Notes: generated by a model from the sequence alone, not told the origin. A DNA stretch of 64,000 nt from Sutterella sp. (GCA_020025965.1 JAHHRG010000001.1:6911-70910), one strand, 5' to 3'; numbered from the stretch's first letter, positions 1 to 10,312 are shown. Numbers and translations: made by a program.

Positions 1-1627
1 AATGTAGACTCGTGTTTATCATGCGATGAATGAGGTGATTGCGAAGTGCGAAGTCGGCAAGCGACAGATAGTCCTTTTGTTCCACGTTGCGCGTAGCCCA
101 ATTCCACTCTCGATGCCCGAGACCGTAAAGTTCCATGCGATAGAAGTCGATGGAACGCTGTAACGACGGGTTGTTTTTCCAATCGGGCGTCGATTTGTTG
201 GGCAGAACAGAGTCGTTCGACATTACCGGATAGGCCTTTCCTATTGCATCCGAGGCTAGTTTGCCGTAGAAGGTGATATTTCCTGCAACGCGTTCATAGA
301 AGCGTTTGGCGGCTTTTTTTTGGCCCATAGCCTCAAGTGCACGTGCGCGCCAATAGAGCCACAGTTCTTCGTTCTGACGAGACTGAGGAAGTTCCTGAAT
401 CAGGTGATTGACGACCCCCCAATTTTCCGTACGTAAATATGCTTTGATGGCCCAAATCTGAATCTGGGTGACATTAAAGAGAGCGGAGTTGTCCGAGAGA
501 TGGCCACGGATACGCTCAAATCGCGCAATGGCTTCCTCACTGCGTCGCCCCACGGAAAGTGAATAGGAGAGCGACGCATTGAGCATGTCACTCCATTTTT
601 GCGAAAGCTCGGGCATTACGCGATCGGCTATTTCGGCCGCTAAGTCGGGACGAGAGCTCGCCAGACGTAGGGTGATCAACATCGACAAACGGGGCGGTCG
701 TTGATTCAAATAACGACCGTAACGCTCGACCCAACGAACAGGATCTTTGAGGATACTGCGCAAGGTGATCTTCGAGGCGGGCAACATGTCTTCTGGGAGT
801 GATTCGATTAGAGCCAAAGTGTCCGTCCACTGTTGCTTTTGCATCAGTAACATGATGGCCGTCCAATACCAAGATAAGTCGTCGTAAAGCGTCTTATCGA
901 GAAGGTGCATCAATGGTTTGCCAGTTACACGCTTCTCTGCAATAAATGTCTGAATCTCTTCGGTCTTGTAATCTGAATAGTTGTAGAAGTAATTCCAAGC
1001 TCGGAGTTCAGTTTCTGAGTGATTCCATTTGAGCCGACGGTAAAGTCGGTTGAAGAGCTCCTGATTGATACGATGGCCTACGATACTTAGGTAGTCGGCT
1101 GCCGCGCGTTCGCCGACATATGATCCTTCGTGTCGATCGATGAAGTCGATGAAGTTGATATTGACGGTTGGATTGTCGACATTTTTCTTTAAACACAGAT
1201 TGTGTGTCCAGAGATCAAGGTAGGCACCTAGCGGATGATCGTACGGAAGTGCAGATCTGGTTTTCTCGAGCCGATCGAGCTGACCGCTCTGATAGGCTTT
1301 CCACCCGCTGATGAAAATTTCGTCCGTTGGCAGTTTTGTTTGAGACAACAGAGCAGAGTCAAGAGTGGTCTTTGGGGCAAGGCTCAGATCGGTGGCCAAG
1401 GTATCTGCCGTTTTAACGGCTAAGCGTAAATCCGACGTTCGTTTAGCTTCGAGTTTGGCCTGTTCGTTGGCGAGGATTTCGTTTTCAATGGATTGAATAA
1501 CGGTAGCTGGTGAGAGTGTAGAGGTTTTCTCATCAACGATTTCGTGCGCATAGCCGAAGGCTTGGGACGAGACGACCGAAGCTAGACATCCCAATAGTAG
1601 AAAACGAGATAAAAATCGTTTGGCCAT
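1..1627 (-). CDS. slt: Soluble lytic murein transglycosylase (Slt70-like), N-terminal part; C-terminal catalytic domain lies beyond the window start
   Basis: Not in the ORF track because it is open at the edge. My manual translation from ATG at 1627 gives MAKRFLSRFLLLGCLASVVSSQAFG (signal peptide), then a long helical repeat region with YWRARALEAMGQKKAAKRFYERVAG-ITFYGKLASDAIGK and REWNWATRN, typical of the Slt U-domain. No stop occurs down to position 1. Confidence 0.75.
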   Translation of the reverse strand, partial: MAKRFLSRFLLLGCLASVVSSQAFGYAHEIVDEKTSTLSPATVIQSIENEILANEQAKLEAKRTSDLRLAVKTADTLATDLSLAPKTTLDSALLSQTKLPTDEIFISGWKAYQSGQLDRLEKTRSALPYDHPLGAYLDLWTHNLCLKKNVDNPTVNINFIDFIDRHEGSYVGERAAADYLSIVGHRINQELFNRLYRRLKWNHSETELRAWNYFYNYSDYKTEEIQTFIAEKRVTGKPLMHLLDKTLYDDLSWYWTAIMLLMQKQQWTDTLALIESLPEDMLPASKITLRSILKDPVRWVERYGRYLNQRPPRLSMLITLRLASSRPDLAAEIADRVMPELSQKWSDMLNASLSYSLSVGRRSEEAIARFERIRGHLSDNSALFNVTQIQIWAIKAYLRTENWGVVNHLIQELPQSRQNEELWLYWRARALEAMGQKKAAKRFYERVAGNITFYGKLASDAIGKAYPVMSNDSVLPNKSTPDWKNNPSLQRSIDFYRMELYGLGHREWNWATRNVEQKDYLSLADFALRNHLIHRMINTSLH

Positions 1628-1695
1628 GGCGCAAGAGAAGGGCAGACGAGTATAAATGGAAACAATATTCTTCTGAATAATAAGGGATTTGACCG

Positions 1696-2253
1696 ATGAG
1701 TTTGATGACCGTTACGAAAGTTGACTTAAGAGCGGAACTGAAGGCCGTAAGGAGAGCTCTTACCGCTGATTCCAATAGTATGAGCTGTTTATCCTGGGCA
1801 CTCTTTGAATTGCTTGAACGCTTGAGTCCTCAACGTTTGGGGACTTATTCCCCAATGTGTGGCGAACCGAATCTTTCGGCATCGTTGATTGAGTGGGCTA
1901 TGTCAAAAGGTTGCCAAATTTATTGGCCTGTGATAACCACAGACGCGATGGTCTATCGTCGATGGACATCGGGAGCGACGATGCAAAAAGACGTCTTTGG
2001 CATTGATAGTCCAGCGGAGGGAGCACTCCAAGAAATACCTGACGTTGTTCTCATTCCCTGTATTGGGCACGATAGAAAAGGACACCGGCTCGGGTATGGG
2101 AAGGGCTGTTTTGACAGATACCTAAGCGAACATCCTGAGGTAGTGACGATCGGTCTTTCTTTTGAAGAGTTACTTGTTCCCGAGGTGATCTTTGAAGATC
2201 ACGATCAAATAATGGACTACCTAGTGACGGAAAAAGGCATCATGAAAATTTAA
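1696..2253 (+). CDS. 5-formyltetrahydrofolate cyclo-ligase (MTHFS/YgfA family)
   Basis: 185 aa. The motif IPCIGHDRKGHRLGYGKGCFDRYL matches the G-x-G-G-YDR signature of the family, and the size fits. Confidence 0.8.
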   Translation: MSLMTVTKVDLRAELKAVRRALTADSNSMSCLSWALFELLERLSPQRLGTYSPMCGEPNLSASLIEWAMSKGCQIYWPVITTDAMVYRRWTSGATMQKDVFGIDSPAEGALQEIPDVVLIPCIGHDRKGHRLGYGKGCFDRYLSEHPEVVTIGLSFEELLVPEVIFEDHDQIMDYLVTEKGIMKI

Positions 2254-2286
2254 AGGAGCGGATCCAGAAAGATCCACTCCTTTATT
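2252..2286. terminator. Convergent hairpin between the MTHFS and trpS 3' ends
   Basis: AAAGGAGCGGATC-cagaaa-GATCCACTCCTTT has a 13-bp stem with one mismatch. It is flanked by A/T runs on both sides. Confidence 0.5.
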
Positions 2287-2311
2287 GTCAAAAGGGAATG
2301 ATTGAAAAAGA

Positions 2312-3607
2312 TCAATCTTCCTTGAAAGTATTGAGGGCAGCGATTACGTCTTCCTTCGTCACGCCATCGGCGAAAGTAATGGGAGCGTCAGTAAGAGTAC
2401 TGGAATCTTTTTTGAGGCGGCCGACCCACTGACCTGCATCGCGACCGGAATCAAAGCCTTGCGAAACAAAGAGTTCACGACCTTCGAAAGCGAGTTTGAA
2501 GTAGAAACGGTTGTCTTTTTCGCGATATTGCTTGAAAACGGCAACCACCTTCTGGGCCTTCTTTTCTGCTTTTTTTGGCTGAACTAGCGGAGCGAAGGAT
2601 CGCAACCCCACTGCGTGTTGCAAGCGAGCAAGGAAAGCGGAAGTGTGTTTGCGAGCCTTGGCGGCACCTGCTTGAAGGATAGCTTCGAGTTCTTCCGGAT
2701 GAGCCATCAGGGCTTCGTAACGTTCGCGCATGGGACCGATTTCAGCATCAATCTTGTCAGCGAGCTGTTTTTTAGCTTCGCCCCAGCCAAGACCTTCGCA
2801 AAGAGATTTGCGGAAAGCGGCAGATTCTTCCGTCGTGGCGAAGGCATCGTAAATGACAGTAAGCGACGTGCTATCCGGATCCTTCGGTTCACCCGGAAGT
2901 TTGCTGTCCGTAACGATACGGGAAATAGCTTCGTCGAGTGCCTTACGGCCGCCTTCGAAAAGCGGAATTACGTTGTTGTAAGATTTGCTCATCTTTCGGC
3001 CGTCGAGCCCTGGGAGGACTTCGATGGCTGAGCCGCCTGTGGCTTGAGGAAGTGTGAAGAATGGTTCGTTCGGCTTGGCGTAGGTGTAGTTGAAACGCGT
3101 AGCGACATCACGAGCCATTTCCAAATGCTGTAGCTGGTCGTGACCAACAGGCACTTCGTCGGCATTGAAGATGAGAATGTCGGCAGCCATCAAAATAGGG
3201 TAGCAGAAGAGTCCCATGGAAACGTCGGCATCGGGATCTTTGCCCGCAGCTTCGGCGACATCAACGGCAGCCTTATAAGCGTGGGCACGGTTCATCTGAC
3301 CTTTAGCCGTGGAGCAGGCGAGCATCCAAGCTAGGGTTGGAATTTCTGGAATATCGCTCTGACGGTAAAAAACGACGCGTTCCGGATCAAGGCCCGCTGC
3401 AAGCCAGGTGGCGGCAATTTGCATTCGGCTACGTTCAATGCGATCTGGGTCCTGACACTTGATCAGGGCGTGTAGGTCGGCGAGGAAGAAATAGCTTTCG
3501 ACGTCGGGATTTCGGCTGTCTTGGATGGCCGGACGGATGGCGCCGACGTAGTTTCCGATGTGGAGGGTGCCGGTCGTATTAATACCGGTCAGAACACGCT
3601 TTGTCAT
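2312..3607 (-). CDS. trpS: Tryptophan--tRNA ligase with a C-terminal extension of about 95 aa
   Basis: TGTLHIGNYVG carries the HIGH motif and GRKMSKS the KMSKS motif. The core of about 337 aa is followed by a Lys-rich linker and the segment FKQYREKDNRFYFKLAFEGRELFVSQGFDSGRDAGQWVGRLKKD. Confidence 0.95.
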   Translation of the reverse strand: MTKRVLTGINTTGTLHIGNYVGAIRPAIQDSRNPDVESYFFLADLHALIKCQDPDRIERSRMQIAATWLAAGLDPERVVFYRQSDIPEIPTLAWMLACSTAKGQMNRAHAYKAAVDVAEAAGKDPDADVSMGLFCYPILMAADILIFNADEVPVGHDQLQHLEMARDVATRFNYTYAKPNEPFFTLPQATGGSAIEVLPGLDGRKMSKSYNNVIPLFEGGRKALDEAISRIVTDSKLPGEPKDPDSTSLTVIYDAFATTEESAAFRKSLCEGLGWGEAKKQLADKIDAEIGPMRERYEALMAHPEELEAILQAGAAKARKHTSAFLARLQHAVGLRSFAPLVQPKKAEKKAQKVVAVFKQYREKDNRFYFKLAFEGRELFVSQGFDSGRDAGQWVGRLKKDSSTLTDAPITFADGVTKEDVIAALNTFKED

Positions 3608-3735
3608 TGTTTAAAAAGTATCCAACAGAGGGGCTATGAAGCTAAAAAGGGCATCGGGCTTTTGGCCCAGACCGCATAAAGTCTTTCAATGATACGCGTT
3701 TTGGGCGAGTTTTCCTCGAAAGATTGCTGTGAGGA

Positions 3736-3772
3736 ACAAAAAATCCCCGACAAAGTAACCTGTCGGGGATTT
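3736..3772 (-). terminator. Rho-independent terminator of metK
   Basis: On the minus strand, AAATCCCCGACA-ggttactt-TGTCGGGGATTT is followed by TTTTGTT. It lies 25 nt after the metK stop. Confidence 0.65.
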
Positions 3773-3796
3773 ATCGAAACTTAATCGTTTAGCCGA

Positions 3797-4975
3797 TTAG
3801 AGACCGGCAGCGTTGCGAAGGAGCTGAGCCTTGTCGGTCTTTTCCCATGTGAATTCCGGTTCTTCGCGACCGAAATGACCGTAAGCAGCCGTCTTGGAGA
3901 AAATCGGGCGGTTGAGGTCGAGCATCTGGATGATGCCACGCGGACGAAGATCGAAGTGAGCGCGAACGAGATCGGCAATCTGGCTGTCGGGGATGATGCC
4001 AGTACCATTCGTGAAGACCGTGATGTTCATTGGTTCGGCGACGCCGATAGCGTAAGCAACCTGAACCTGGCACTGCTTGGCGAGGCCGGCTGCGACAATG
4101 TTCTTGGCAACGTAACGGCAAGCATAAGCTGCGGAGCGGTCAACCTTCGTGGCATCCTTACCAGAGAAGGCACCACCACCGTGCGGGCAGTAACCGCCGT
4201 AAGTGTCGACGATGATCTTACGTCCAGTAAGACCACAGTCGCCCTGCGGGCCACCGACCACGAAGCGGCCTGTCGGGTTGATAAGGAACTTCGTGTTCTT
4301 GAGCCATTCGGCCGGCATCGTCGGACGAATGATTTCTTCAACAACAGCTTCGATGAATTCGGGCTTCATACGGTCTCCGTCGGACATTTCCGGGGAGTGC
4401 TGGGACGAGAGCACGATCGTGTCGCAACCGATAGGTTTGCCGTCGCGGTAGCGAAGCGTGACCTGACTCTTGGCATCCGGGCGGAGGAAGGGAAGCGTAC
4501 CGTTGCGGCGGACGATGCTCTGACGTTCAACCAAGCGGTGAGCGTAGTAGATCGGAGCTGGCATCAACGTGGCGGTTTCGTCACAGGCGTAACCGAACAT
4601 AAGACCTTGGTCACCGGCACCCAAATTGAGGATGTCATCGCTGGCTTGATTCACGCCCTGAGCGATGTCTTGAGACTGCTTGTCGTAGCCTACGAGAACA
4701 GAGCAACCCTTGTGATCGATACCGTACTCGGTGTTGTCGTAACCGATGCGCTTTAAAACGTCACGAGTCAAACCGATGTAGTCGACAGTGGCGTTCGTGG
4801 TGATTTCGCCGGCGAGAACAACGAGGCCGGTTGTGCAGAGTGTTTCCGCCGCTACGCGGGAAAGAGGATCCTGTTCGAGACAGGCGTCGAGAACGGCATC
4901 CGAGATCTGGTCGGCGACCTTGTCCGGGTGGCCTTCACTGACAGATTCGGAAGTAAAGAGATATTCGTTGGCCAT
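3797..4975 (-). CDS. metK: S-adenosylmethionine synthetase
   Basis: The N-terminus is [26 protein letters not shown] and [12 protein letters not shown] is present. The 392 aa are collinear with MetK. Confidence 0.97.
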   Translation of the reverse strand: MANEYLFTSESVSEGHPDKVADQISDAVLDACLEQDPLSRVAAETLCTTGLVVLAGEITTNATVDYIGLTRDVLKRIGYDNTEYGIDHKGCSVLVGYDKQSQDIAQGVNQASDDILNLGAGDQGLMFGYACDETATLMPAPIYYAHRLVERQSIVRRNGTLPFLRPDAKSQVTLRYRDGKPIGCDTIVLSSQHSPEMSDGDRMKPEFIEAVVEEIIRPTMPAEWLKNTKFLINPTGRFVVGGPQGDCGLTGRKIIVDTYGGYCPHGGGAFSGKDATKVDRSAAYACRYVAKNIVAAGLAKQCQVQVAYAIGVAEPMNITVFTNGTGIIPDSQIADLVRAHFDLRPRGIIQMLDLNRPIFSKTAAYGHFGREEPEFTWEKTDKAQLLRNAAGL

Positions 4976-5235
4976 TCCAAAGCTCCATAACGTTTGAAAG
5001 TTTGAAAAAAGGCGCCAAACGCAAGGAAGTAAGAATGCGCAAGACGCTTTAGCGGTATTTCTGATTCGCCCCGCAAGTTGTCTGGTTTAACTCAGCGAAG
5101 TTCTGATGATACATCGTAAACCCTAATTGCGCTACTGAAAAATGTACAGAAGTTTGATCTTATGTTGTTCCGTTATGGAGGAAGGGTGAAATTAGCTAAA
5201 ATGAACAGTTTAGATTTCACCTCATTGAGACTGGT

Positions 5236-6117
5236 ATGCACTGGTTGTTCAAGCTCTTATCGCTGTTACCGCTGAGGGTTCTTCAGTTAATAGGCGCAGG
5301 AATTGGCTGGCTGACGTTCAAAATGTCGGGCACGTTGAGAAAGCGCACCAAGGAGAATCTTGCTCAGGCTGGGTACACGGACGAACAGCTCCCCGAGAAA
5401 ATTGGCCGCAATACCGGTCGTCAGGCTCTCGAAAGCCTTTGGGTCTGGTATCGACCAGCCGAAACGGTTCTGAAACGCGTTAGCGTGACTCCCAACGCGC
5501 AAAAGATTATCGAAGAGGCCATGACAGGGCACCGCCCCATTGTTTTCATGACGCCTCACATTGGTTGTTTTGAGGTTCTTCCCGTTTGGCTTGCGGCGAA
5601 TTATTACGAAAAAACGCAACGCAAGATTGCGGTGCTCTATCGTCCGCCGCGCAACCCCATTTTGCTCAAGATCGTCGGACAGGCTCGTCAGGCTTCAGGA
5701 ATTGAAGCTTGTCCGACGACGATTTCGGGCATCAAACGAGTGATTCGTGGTCTGCGTAACGGTCACACTTTCGGTTCGCTTCCCGATCAGGTTCCTTCTT
5801 TCGGTGAAGGCATTTGGGTCGATTTTTTCGGCAAGCCTGCGTATACGATGACGTTACCAGTTAAGGTTGCGCGTCAGTTCGATGCGGTTCGCATTTTTGC
5901 TTGGACTCATCGAGACAATCATGGTTGGACGCTCGATGCCGAATGTTGGGATGACGAACTGTCGGGCAATATTAAGACCGACGTTCAGGAAATGAACAAG
6001 CGAATCGAAGATATCGTTCGACGCATGCCCGAACAATACGGTTGGAGTTACAACCGCTACAAGCATGTGTCGGGAACCCCTCCGTGCCCGACTAGCGGTG
6101 AAGAAAAAAAGAAGTAA
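5236..6117 (+). CDS. Lipid A biosynthesis late acyltransferase, LpxL/LpxM (HtrB/MsbB) family, copy 1
   Basis: 293 aa with an N-terminal membrane anchor. It has the HIGCFE (HxxxxE/D) acyltransferase motif and a tail WSYNRYK typical of the family. It is divergent from metK. Confidence 0.8.
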   Translation: MHWLFKLLSLLPLRVLQLIGAGIGWLTFKMSGTLRKRTKENLAQAGYTDEQLPEKIGRNTGRQALESLWVWYRPAETVLKRVSVTPNAQKIIEEAMTGHRPIVFMTPHIGCFEVLPVWLAANYYEKTQRKIAVLYRPPRNPILLKIVGQARQASGIEACPTTISGIKRVIRGLRNGHTFGSLPDQVPSFGEGIWVDFFGKPAYTMTLPVKVARQFDAVRIFAWTHRDNHGWTLDAECWDDELSGNIKTDVQEMNKRIEDIVRRMPEQYGWSYNRYKHVSGTPPCPTSGEEKKK

Positions 6118-6126
6118 GGCTAAAAA

Positions 6127-7005
6127 ATGAATAAGTTTTTTTCCAAATTCTGGGTTGCTCTAATCCGCTCTAGCAAGCATTGGCCGATGGGATTCAAGAG
6201 AATGCTTGCATCCATGTTTGCTTTTGTCCTTTGGGTGGCTATTCCGAAGCGTCGACATGTGATTCGGACCAATCTGCGTTTGTGTTTCCCTGATTTGACG
6301 GAGGCCGAACGCGAACGCCTCGCAAAGAACGTCTATAAGCATTTAGCGCGTTCTGCTTTGGATCACGGCATGCTTTGGGAGGGGACGAAGGAAGAAATTC
6401 AGGAATTCGTGACCTTCGAGGGGCTCGAAAATATCCTCGACAATATGAGCCGTCCGCTCATTATCGTTTGTCCCCATTTTGCGGGTCTCGATGCTGCGGG
6501 CATCGCACTTAATACCTACGTCCGAGGCGTTTCTCTTTATCAGACGCAAAGCAATCCAGTCTGGGACGAAGCGATTCTTGCCGGCCGAAAGCGTTTTTCA
6601 GATCCTGTTCTGGTAGCCAAGAGTTCCGAGAGTGATCTGCGCCCGGTAATTCGAGCGATGAAGGAGGGGTTACCTTTTTTCTATCTGCCTGATATGGACC
6701 ATGGTCGCAAGAATTCGGTATTCCTGCCGTTTTGCGGTGTTGAAGCCGCGACGATCCCGATGGTGTCACGTCTAGCTCGTGTGACGCGTGCTCAGGTTGT
6801 CTGGTGCATCGCTACGATGACCGAAAAGGGCTACCATGTAATCGTTTCTAAGCCTTTTGAGAATTTCCCGACCAAGGACTACGTTGAAGATACGCGACGT
6901 ATCAACGAGGAGCTCGAAGATTGGATTCGAGCTTATCCCGACCAGTATCTTTGGGTTCATCGTCGCTTTAAAACTCGTCCCGAAGGCGAAGCTTCCGTTT
7001 ATTGA
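6127..7005 (+). CDS. lpxL: Lipid A biosynthesis lauroyl acyltransferase, LpxL family, copy 2
   Basis: RRHVIRTNLRLCFPDLTEAERERLAKNV resembles the E. coli LpxL N-terminus. The CPHFAGLD motif and a YLWVHRRFK tail are present. Confidence 0.85.
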   Translation: MNKFFSKFWVALIRSSKHWPMGFKRMLASMFAFVLWVAIPKRRHVIRTNLRLCFPDLTEAERERLAKNVYKHLARSALDHGMLWEGTKEEIQEFVTFEGLENILDNMSRPLIIVCPHFAGLDAAGIALNTYVRGVSLYQTQSNPVWDEAILAGRKRFSDPVLVAKSSESDLRPVIRAMKEGLPFFYLPDMDHGRKNSVFLPFCGVEAATIPMVSRLARVTRAQVVWCIATMTEKGYHVIVSKPFENFPTKDYVEDTRRINEELEDWIRAYPDQYLWVHRRFKTRPEGEASVY

Positions 7006-7023
7006 TTTCAAAGGAGGAGGCCC

Positions 7024-7911
7024 ATGGAGAAGACGATAATCTTTACTAAGATGCACGGCGCTGGTAATGACTTCGTGATGTTGAACGGTATCGCCCAGGC
7101 TATTGATCCGACGCCTGACTTTATCCGTTACATTGCGGATCGTCGCTTCGGTATCGGCGCTGACCAAGTTTTGCTCGTCGAGTGTCCCGAAACCGCCGAA
7201 GCTGATTTCAAATATCGCATATTCAATTGTGACGGCGAAGAGGTTGAACAGTGTGGCAATGGCGCGCGCTGCTTTGCCGTTTTCGTTCGTGAGCAAGGAC
7301 TTACAACGAAACGAGAAATTCTCGTAGAAACGAAGAAAGCCCTTATTCGTCCTAGGGTGGAAGAAGACGGTCGTGTGACTGTGGACATGGGACATCCCAT
7401 GTTCGAGCACGCTGTTTTGCCTTTTGATCCCAGTGATCTTGAAACGGATCGCGAAGGCGCGGCAGATTGCTTTACCCTCAATTTCGACGGTGAAGCGGTG
7501 GTTTTCTCTGTTGTTTCGATGGGTAATCCCCATGCGGTTATCCGGGTCGACAATGTTGATACGGCCCCCGTGACCAGCGTGGGACCTTTGGTCGAACATA
7601 GTTCGGTATTCCCGGCTCGAGTGAATGTCGGCTTCTTGGAAGTCGTTAACGAACACGAAGGTCGAATCCGTGTTTGGGAACGCGGTGCAGGCGAAACACT
7701 CGCCTGCGGTACCGGTGCCTGTGCGGCTGCCGTTGTCGGTATTCAGCGCGGATATTTCAACAAAGAAGTGACTCTGCACGCACGTGGCGGAGTCCTCACT
7801 ATCAAATGGGAGGGCATGGTGGACCCCGAAGCTCGCGTTTATTTGACGGGACCTGTTCAGACGGTTTTCCAAGGGACCATCACGCTACCCGAAGGCATTT
7901 GTCATGATTGA
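7024..7911 (+). CDS. dapF: Diaminopimelate epimerase
   Basis: The motifs FTKMHGAGNDFVM, GNGARCF, SMGNPHAV and ACGTGACAAA are present, including both catalytic Cys motifs. Confidence 0.95.
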   Translation: MEKTIIFTKMHGAGNDFVMLNGIAQAIDPTPDFIRYIADRRFGIGADQVLLVECPETAEADFKYRIFNCDGEEVEQCGNGARCFAVFVREQGLTTKREILVETKKALIRPRVEEDGRVTVDMGHPMFEHAVLPFDPSDLETDREGAADCFTLNFDGEAVVFSVVSMGNPHAVIRVDNVDTAPVTSVGPLVEHSSVFPARVNVGFLEVVNEHEGRIRVWERGAGETLACGTGACAAAVVGIQRGYFNKEVTLHARGGVLTIKWEGMVDPEARVYLTGPVQTVFQGTITLPEGICHD

Positions 7912-9112
7912 TTTAATTCTCAAAAAAGGTAAGGAACGATCCTTGCTTCGTCGTCACCCATGGGTGTTCGATACTGCCGTTCAGCGTTTGACCGGCAAGG
8001 CCGCTTCTGGCGAAACCGTTCGTGTTGTCTCTCATGACGGCAGGTTCCTCGCCTGGGCAGCTTTCTCCCCCGTGTCCACGTTGCGTGCACGTTGCTGGTC
8101 CTTCGATGAAACCGAAGTGATTGACGATGCTTGGTTTGCAAAGAAGATTCACGATGCCGTTGCTGCTCGCGAACCGCTTCGTGAACGTTCGAATGCGTTG
8201 CGTCTGATTTTCGGCGAGGCCGACGGTCTGCCGGGGTTGATCGTCGACCAGTACGCGGACTGCGTAGTGACGCAGTTTCAGTCTGCGGGGGTCGAAGCTC
8301 ATCGCGAACTTATCGCCGATCTTCTGATGAAGGAAACGGGTTGTCGCACGATCTTTGATCGTTCCGATGCCGCTACGCGCAAGCGCGAAGGCCTCGAAAT
8401 GCGTAGCGAACTTCTTCGCGGAGAAGAACCTCCCGAAGCGATCGAGGCCGTTGAAGACGGTGTTCGTTATGGAGTTGACGTTCGTATCGGTCATAAAACC
8501 GGTTTCTACGTTGACCAGCGCGAAAGCCGTTTGACTGCTCAGAAAGTGGCGGAAGAATTCCGACGCGTTCACGGTCGTGGCATGCGGGCTCTCAACTGTT
8601 TCTGCTACACGGGCGGTTTCTCGCTAGCGCTCTTGAAAGGCGGTGCTGCCGAAGTTGTTTCGGTCGACTCATCTCAGGACGCTCTAGACATGGCCAAGGC
8701 CAATGCCGAACGTAACGGTTTTGAAGCCAATCGTGCCAAGTTTGTTTGTGAAGATGTCTTTACCTATCTTCGTAAGCTTCGTGATGCAGGTGAAACGTTC
8801 GACCTTGTGATCCTCGATCCGCCGAAGTTCGCTTCGAACCACCATCAGGTCGACCGTGCAGCTCGTGCTTATAAGGACATCAATCTCAACGGTCTTCGTC
8901 TTTTGACGCCGGGCGGTCAACTCTTTACTTTCTCCTGCTCGGGTGCCATCTCCGTGGAACTTTTTCAGAAGATCGTGGCGGGTGCCGTCTTTGACGCTCA
9001 TGTTAACGCTTGGGCTGTCGGTCGTTTTGGTGGCGGTGCTGATCATCCGTTACTGATGACCTATCCAGAAGGCGAATATTTGAAGGGTTTGCACCTTTTG
9101 GTTCGTCCGTAA
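7904..9112 (+). CDS. rlmI: 23S rRNA m5C1962 methyltransferase RlmI-like (class I SAM-dependent)
   Basis: KKGKERSLLRRHPWVF marks the PUA-like N-terminus. VLDPPKF is present and the protein is 402 aa. It overlaps the dapF stop by 8 nt. Confidence 0.85.
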   Translation: MIDLILKKGKERSLLRRHPWVFDTAVQRLTGKAASGETVRVVSHDGRFLAWAAFSPVSTLRARCWSFDETEVIDDAWFAKKIHDAVAAREPLRERSNALRLIFGEADGLPGLIVDQYADCVVTQFQSAGVEAHRELIADLLMKETGCRTIFDRSDAATRKREGLEMRSELLRGEEPPEAIEAVEDGVRYGVDVRIGHKTGFYVDQRESRLTAQKVAEEFRRVHGRGMRALNCFCYTGGFSLALLKGGAAEVVSVDSSQDALDMAKANAERNGFEANRAKFVCEDVFTYLRKLRDAGETFDLVILDPPKFASNHHQVDRAARAYKDINLNGLRLLTPGGQLFTFSCSGAISVELFQKIVAGAVFDAHVNAWAVGRFGGGADHPLLMTYPEGEYLKGLHLLVRP

Positions 9113-9196
9113 GGCAGAATGACATAATTCGCGAAGGCATTCGAACGATTTCGGATGCCTTCGGCACATGAAGTATTTCCAAAGGAAATAGAAAAA

Positions 9197-10168
9197 ATGA
9201 TTCCGGTTACTATTTTGACGGGTTTCCTCGGTGCGGGGAAGACCACGTTGCTCAATCGCATCCTGACTGAAAATCACGATTACAAGATCGCGATCATCGA
9301 AAACGAATTCGGGCAGGAGAACGTTGATACGGACCTCTTGGTTCAGAGCGATAAAGAACAGATCGTCAACATGAATAACGGTTGCGTCTGTTGTACGATT
9401 CGCGGCGACCTGTCTCGTATCCTGACGGATCTTCGTCTTCGCCGCGAAAAGGGCGAAATCAACTTTGACTATATTGTTCTAGAAACAAGCGGTGTGGCCA
9501 ATCCTGGTCCCGTTGCTCAGACTTTCTTCATGGACGATGCCATTGCCAATTTCTTCCGTCTCGACGGCGTAGTGACCGTGGTTGACGCTAAACACGGTGG
9601 AAAGACGATGGACGAAGAAGATGCCGCTCGTGATCAAGTCGGTTTTGCCGACCGTATTCTTCTCTCTAAGACCGATCTTTGTTCCGAAGAAGAAAACAAG
9701 GCGATGGAGGCTCGTTTGCGTCAGATGAATGCTCGCGCACCGATCCGTCGTGTCAACATGGGCGACTGTCCGGTTAACGAAGTTCTCAATATCGCTGGCT
9801 TCAACATGAATGATGTTCTTGATGTGGATCCTGCTTTTCTTAACGACGATCATCATCTGCATCATCACAACGACGATATCCACTCCTTCGTTTTTGAATC
9901 TGACCGCGCTTTCGATCCAATGAAGCTCGAACGCTATATCGGTTCCCTTACGAGCGTTTACGGCCAGGATATGCTTCGTTACAAGGGACTTCTTTACCTT
10001 GACGGTGTAGATCGTCGCGTGGTGTTCCAGGGCGTTCACATGCTCGCGGTGAGCGATGTGCTCGATGCTTGGGGGGATAGGACGCCGAGCAATAAGATTG
10101 TTTTCATTGGTCGCAATCTGCCTGAAGAAGCAATTTGCCGTGGGTTGGCTACTTGCCTTGTGAGATAG
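9197..10168 (+). CDS. COG0523-family GTPase / putative zinc metallochaperone (CobW/YjiA/ZigA-like)
   Basis: It has the P-loop GFLGAGKTTLLN, the CVCCT metal motif and the His-rich tract DDHHLHHHNDDIH. I prefer the ATG at 9197 (AAGGA upstream) over the track start at 9155. Confidence 0.85.
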   Translation: MIPVTILTGFLGAGKTTLLNRILTENHDYKIAIIENEFGQENVDTDLLVQSDKEQIVNMNNGCVCCTIRGDLSRILTDLRLRREKGEINFDYIVLETSGVANPGPVAQTFFMDDAIANFFRLDGVVTVVDAKHGGKTMDEEDAARDQVGFADRILLSKTDLCSEEENKAMEARLRQMNARAPIRRVNMGDCPVNEVLNIAGFNMNDVLDVDPAFLNDDHHLHHHNDDIHSFVFESDRAFDPMKLERYIGSLTSVYGQDMLRYKGLLYLDGVDRRVVFQGVHMLAVSDVLDAWGDRTPSNKIVFIGRNLPEEAICRGLATCLVR

Positions 10169-10312
10169 GGGTTATCGAGGAATCGGTCGTAAAAGTCTTT
10201 GAATTTTCTGGAAATCTCGGCCGATTTCCTGTATAAAGCGATATCATTATCCGTCGGGAGGCACCGTGCCGACGGACGACAATCGAATTTTTTCAGAGAT
10301 TAAAAAATAATT

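Noticed and set aside
1628-1695. Possible 6S RNA (ssrS), which often precedes the 5-formyltetrahydrofolate cyclo-ligase gene
   Set aside because: Only 68 nt separate the slt start from the MTHFS start. That is far too short for a 6S RNA of about 180 nt, and no long closing stem is visible.
4976-5235. Possible SAM-responsive riboswitch in the 260-bp metK/lpxL divergent region
   Set aside because: I could not recognise the conserved cores of SAM-I, SAM-II/V or SAM-SAH motifs by eye. Deciding this would need an Infernal/Rfam scan, so no claim is made.
6772-7872. 366-aa ORF on the minus strand
   Set aside because: It lies entirely antisense to the unmistakable dapF gene (and the lpxL 3' end). 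It has no recognisable motifs and its composition is typical of a shadow frame.
9113-9196. Possible Zur box upstream of the COG0523 gene (GAATGACATAATTC)
   Set aside because: Only 4-bp arms (GAAT/ATTC) are complementary. The obvious 9-bp hairpin at 9132-9163 looks like an rlmI 3' stem-loop rather than an operator.
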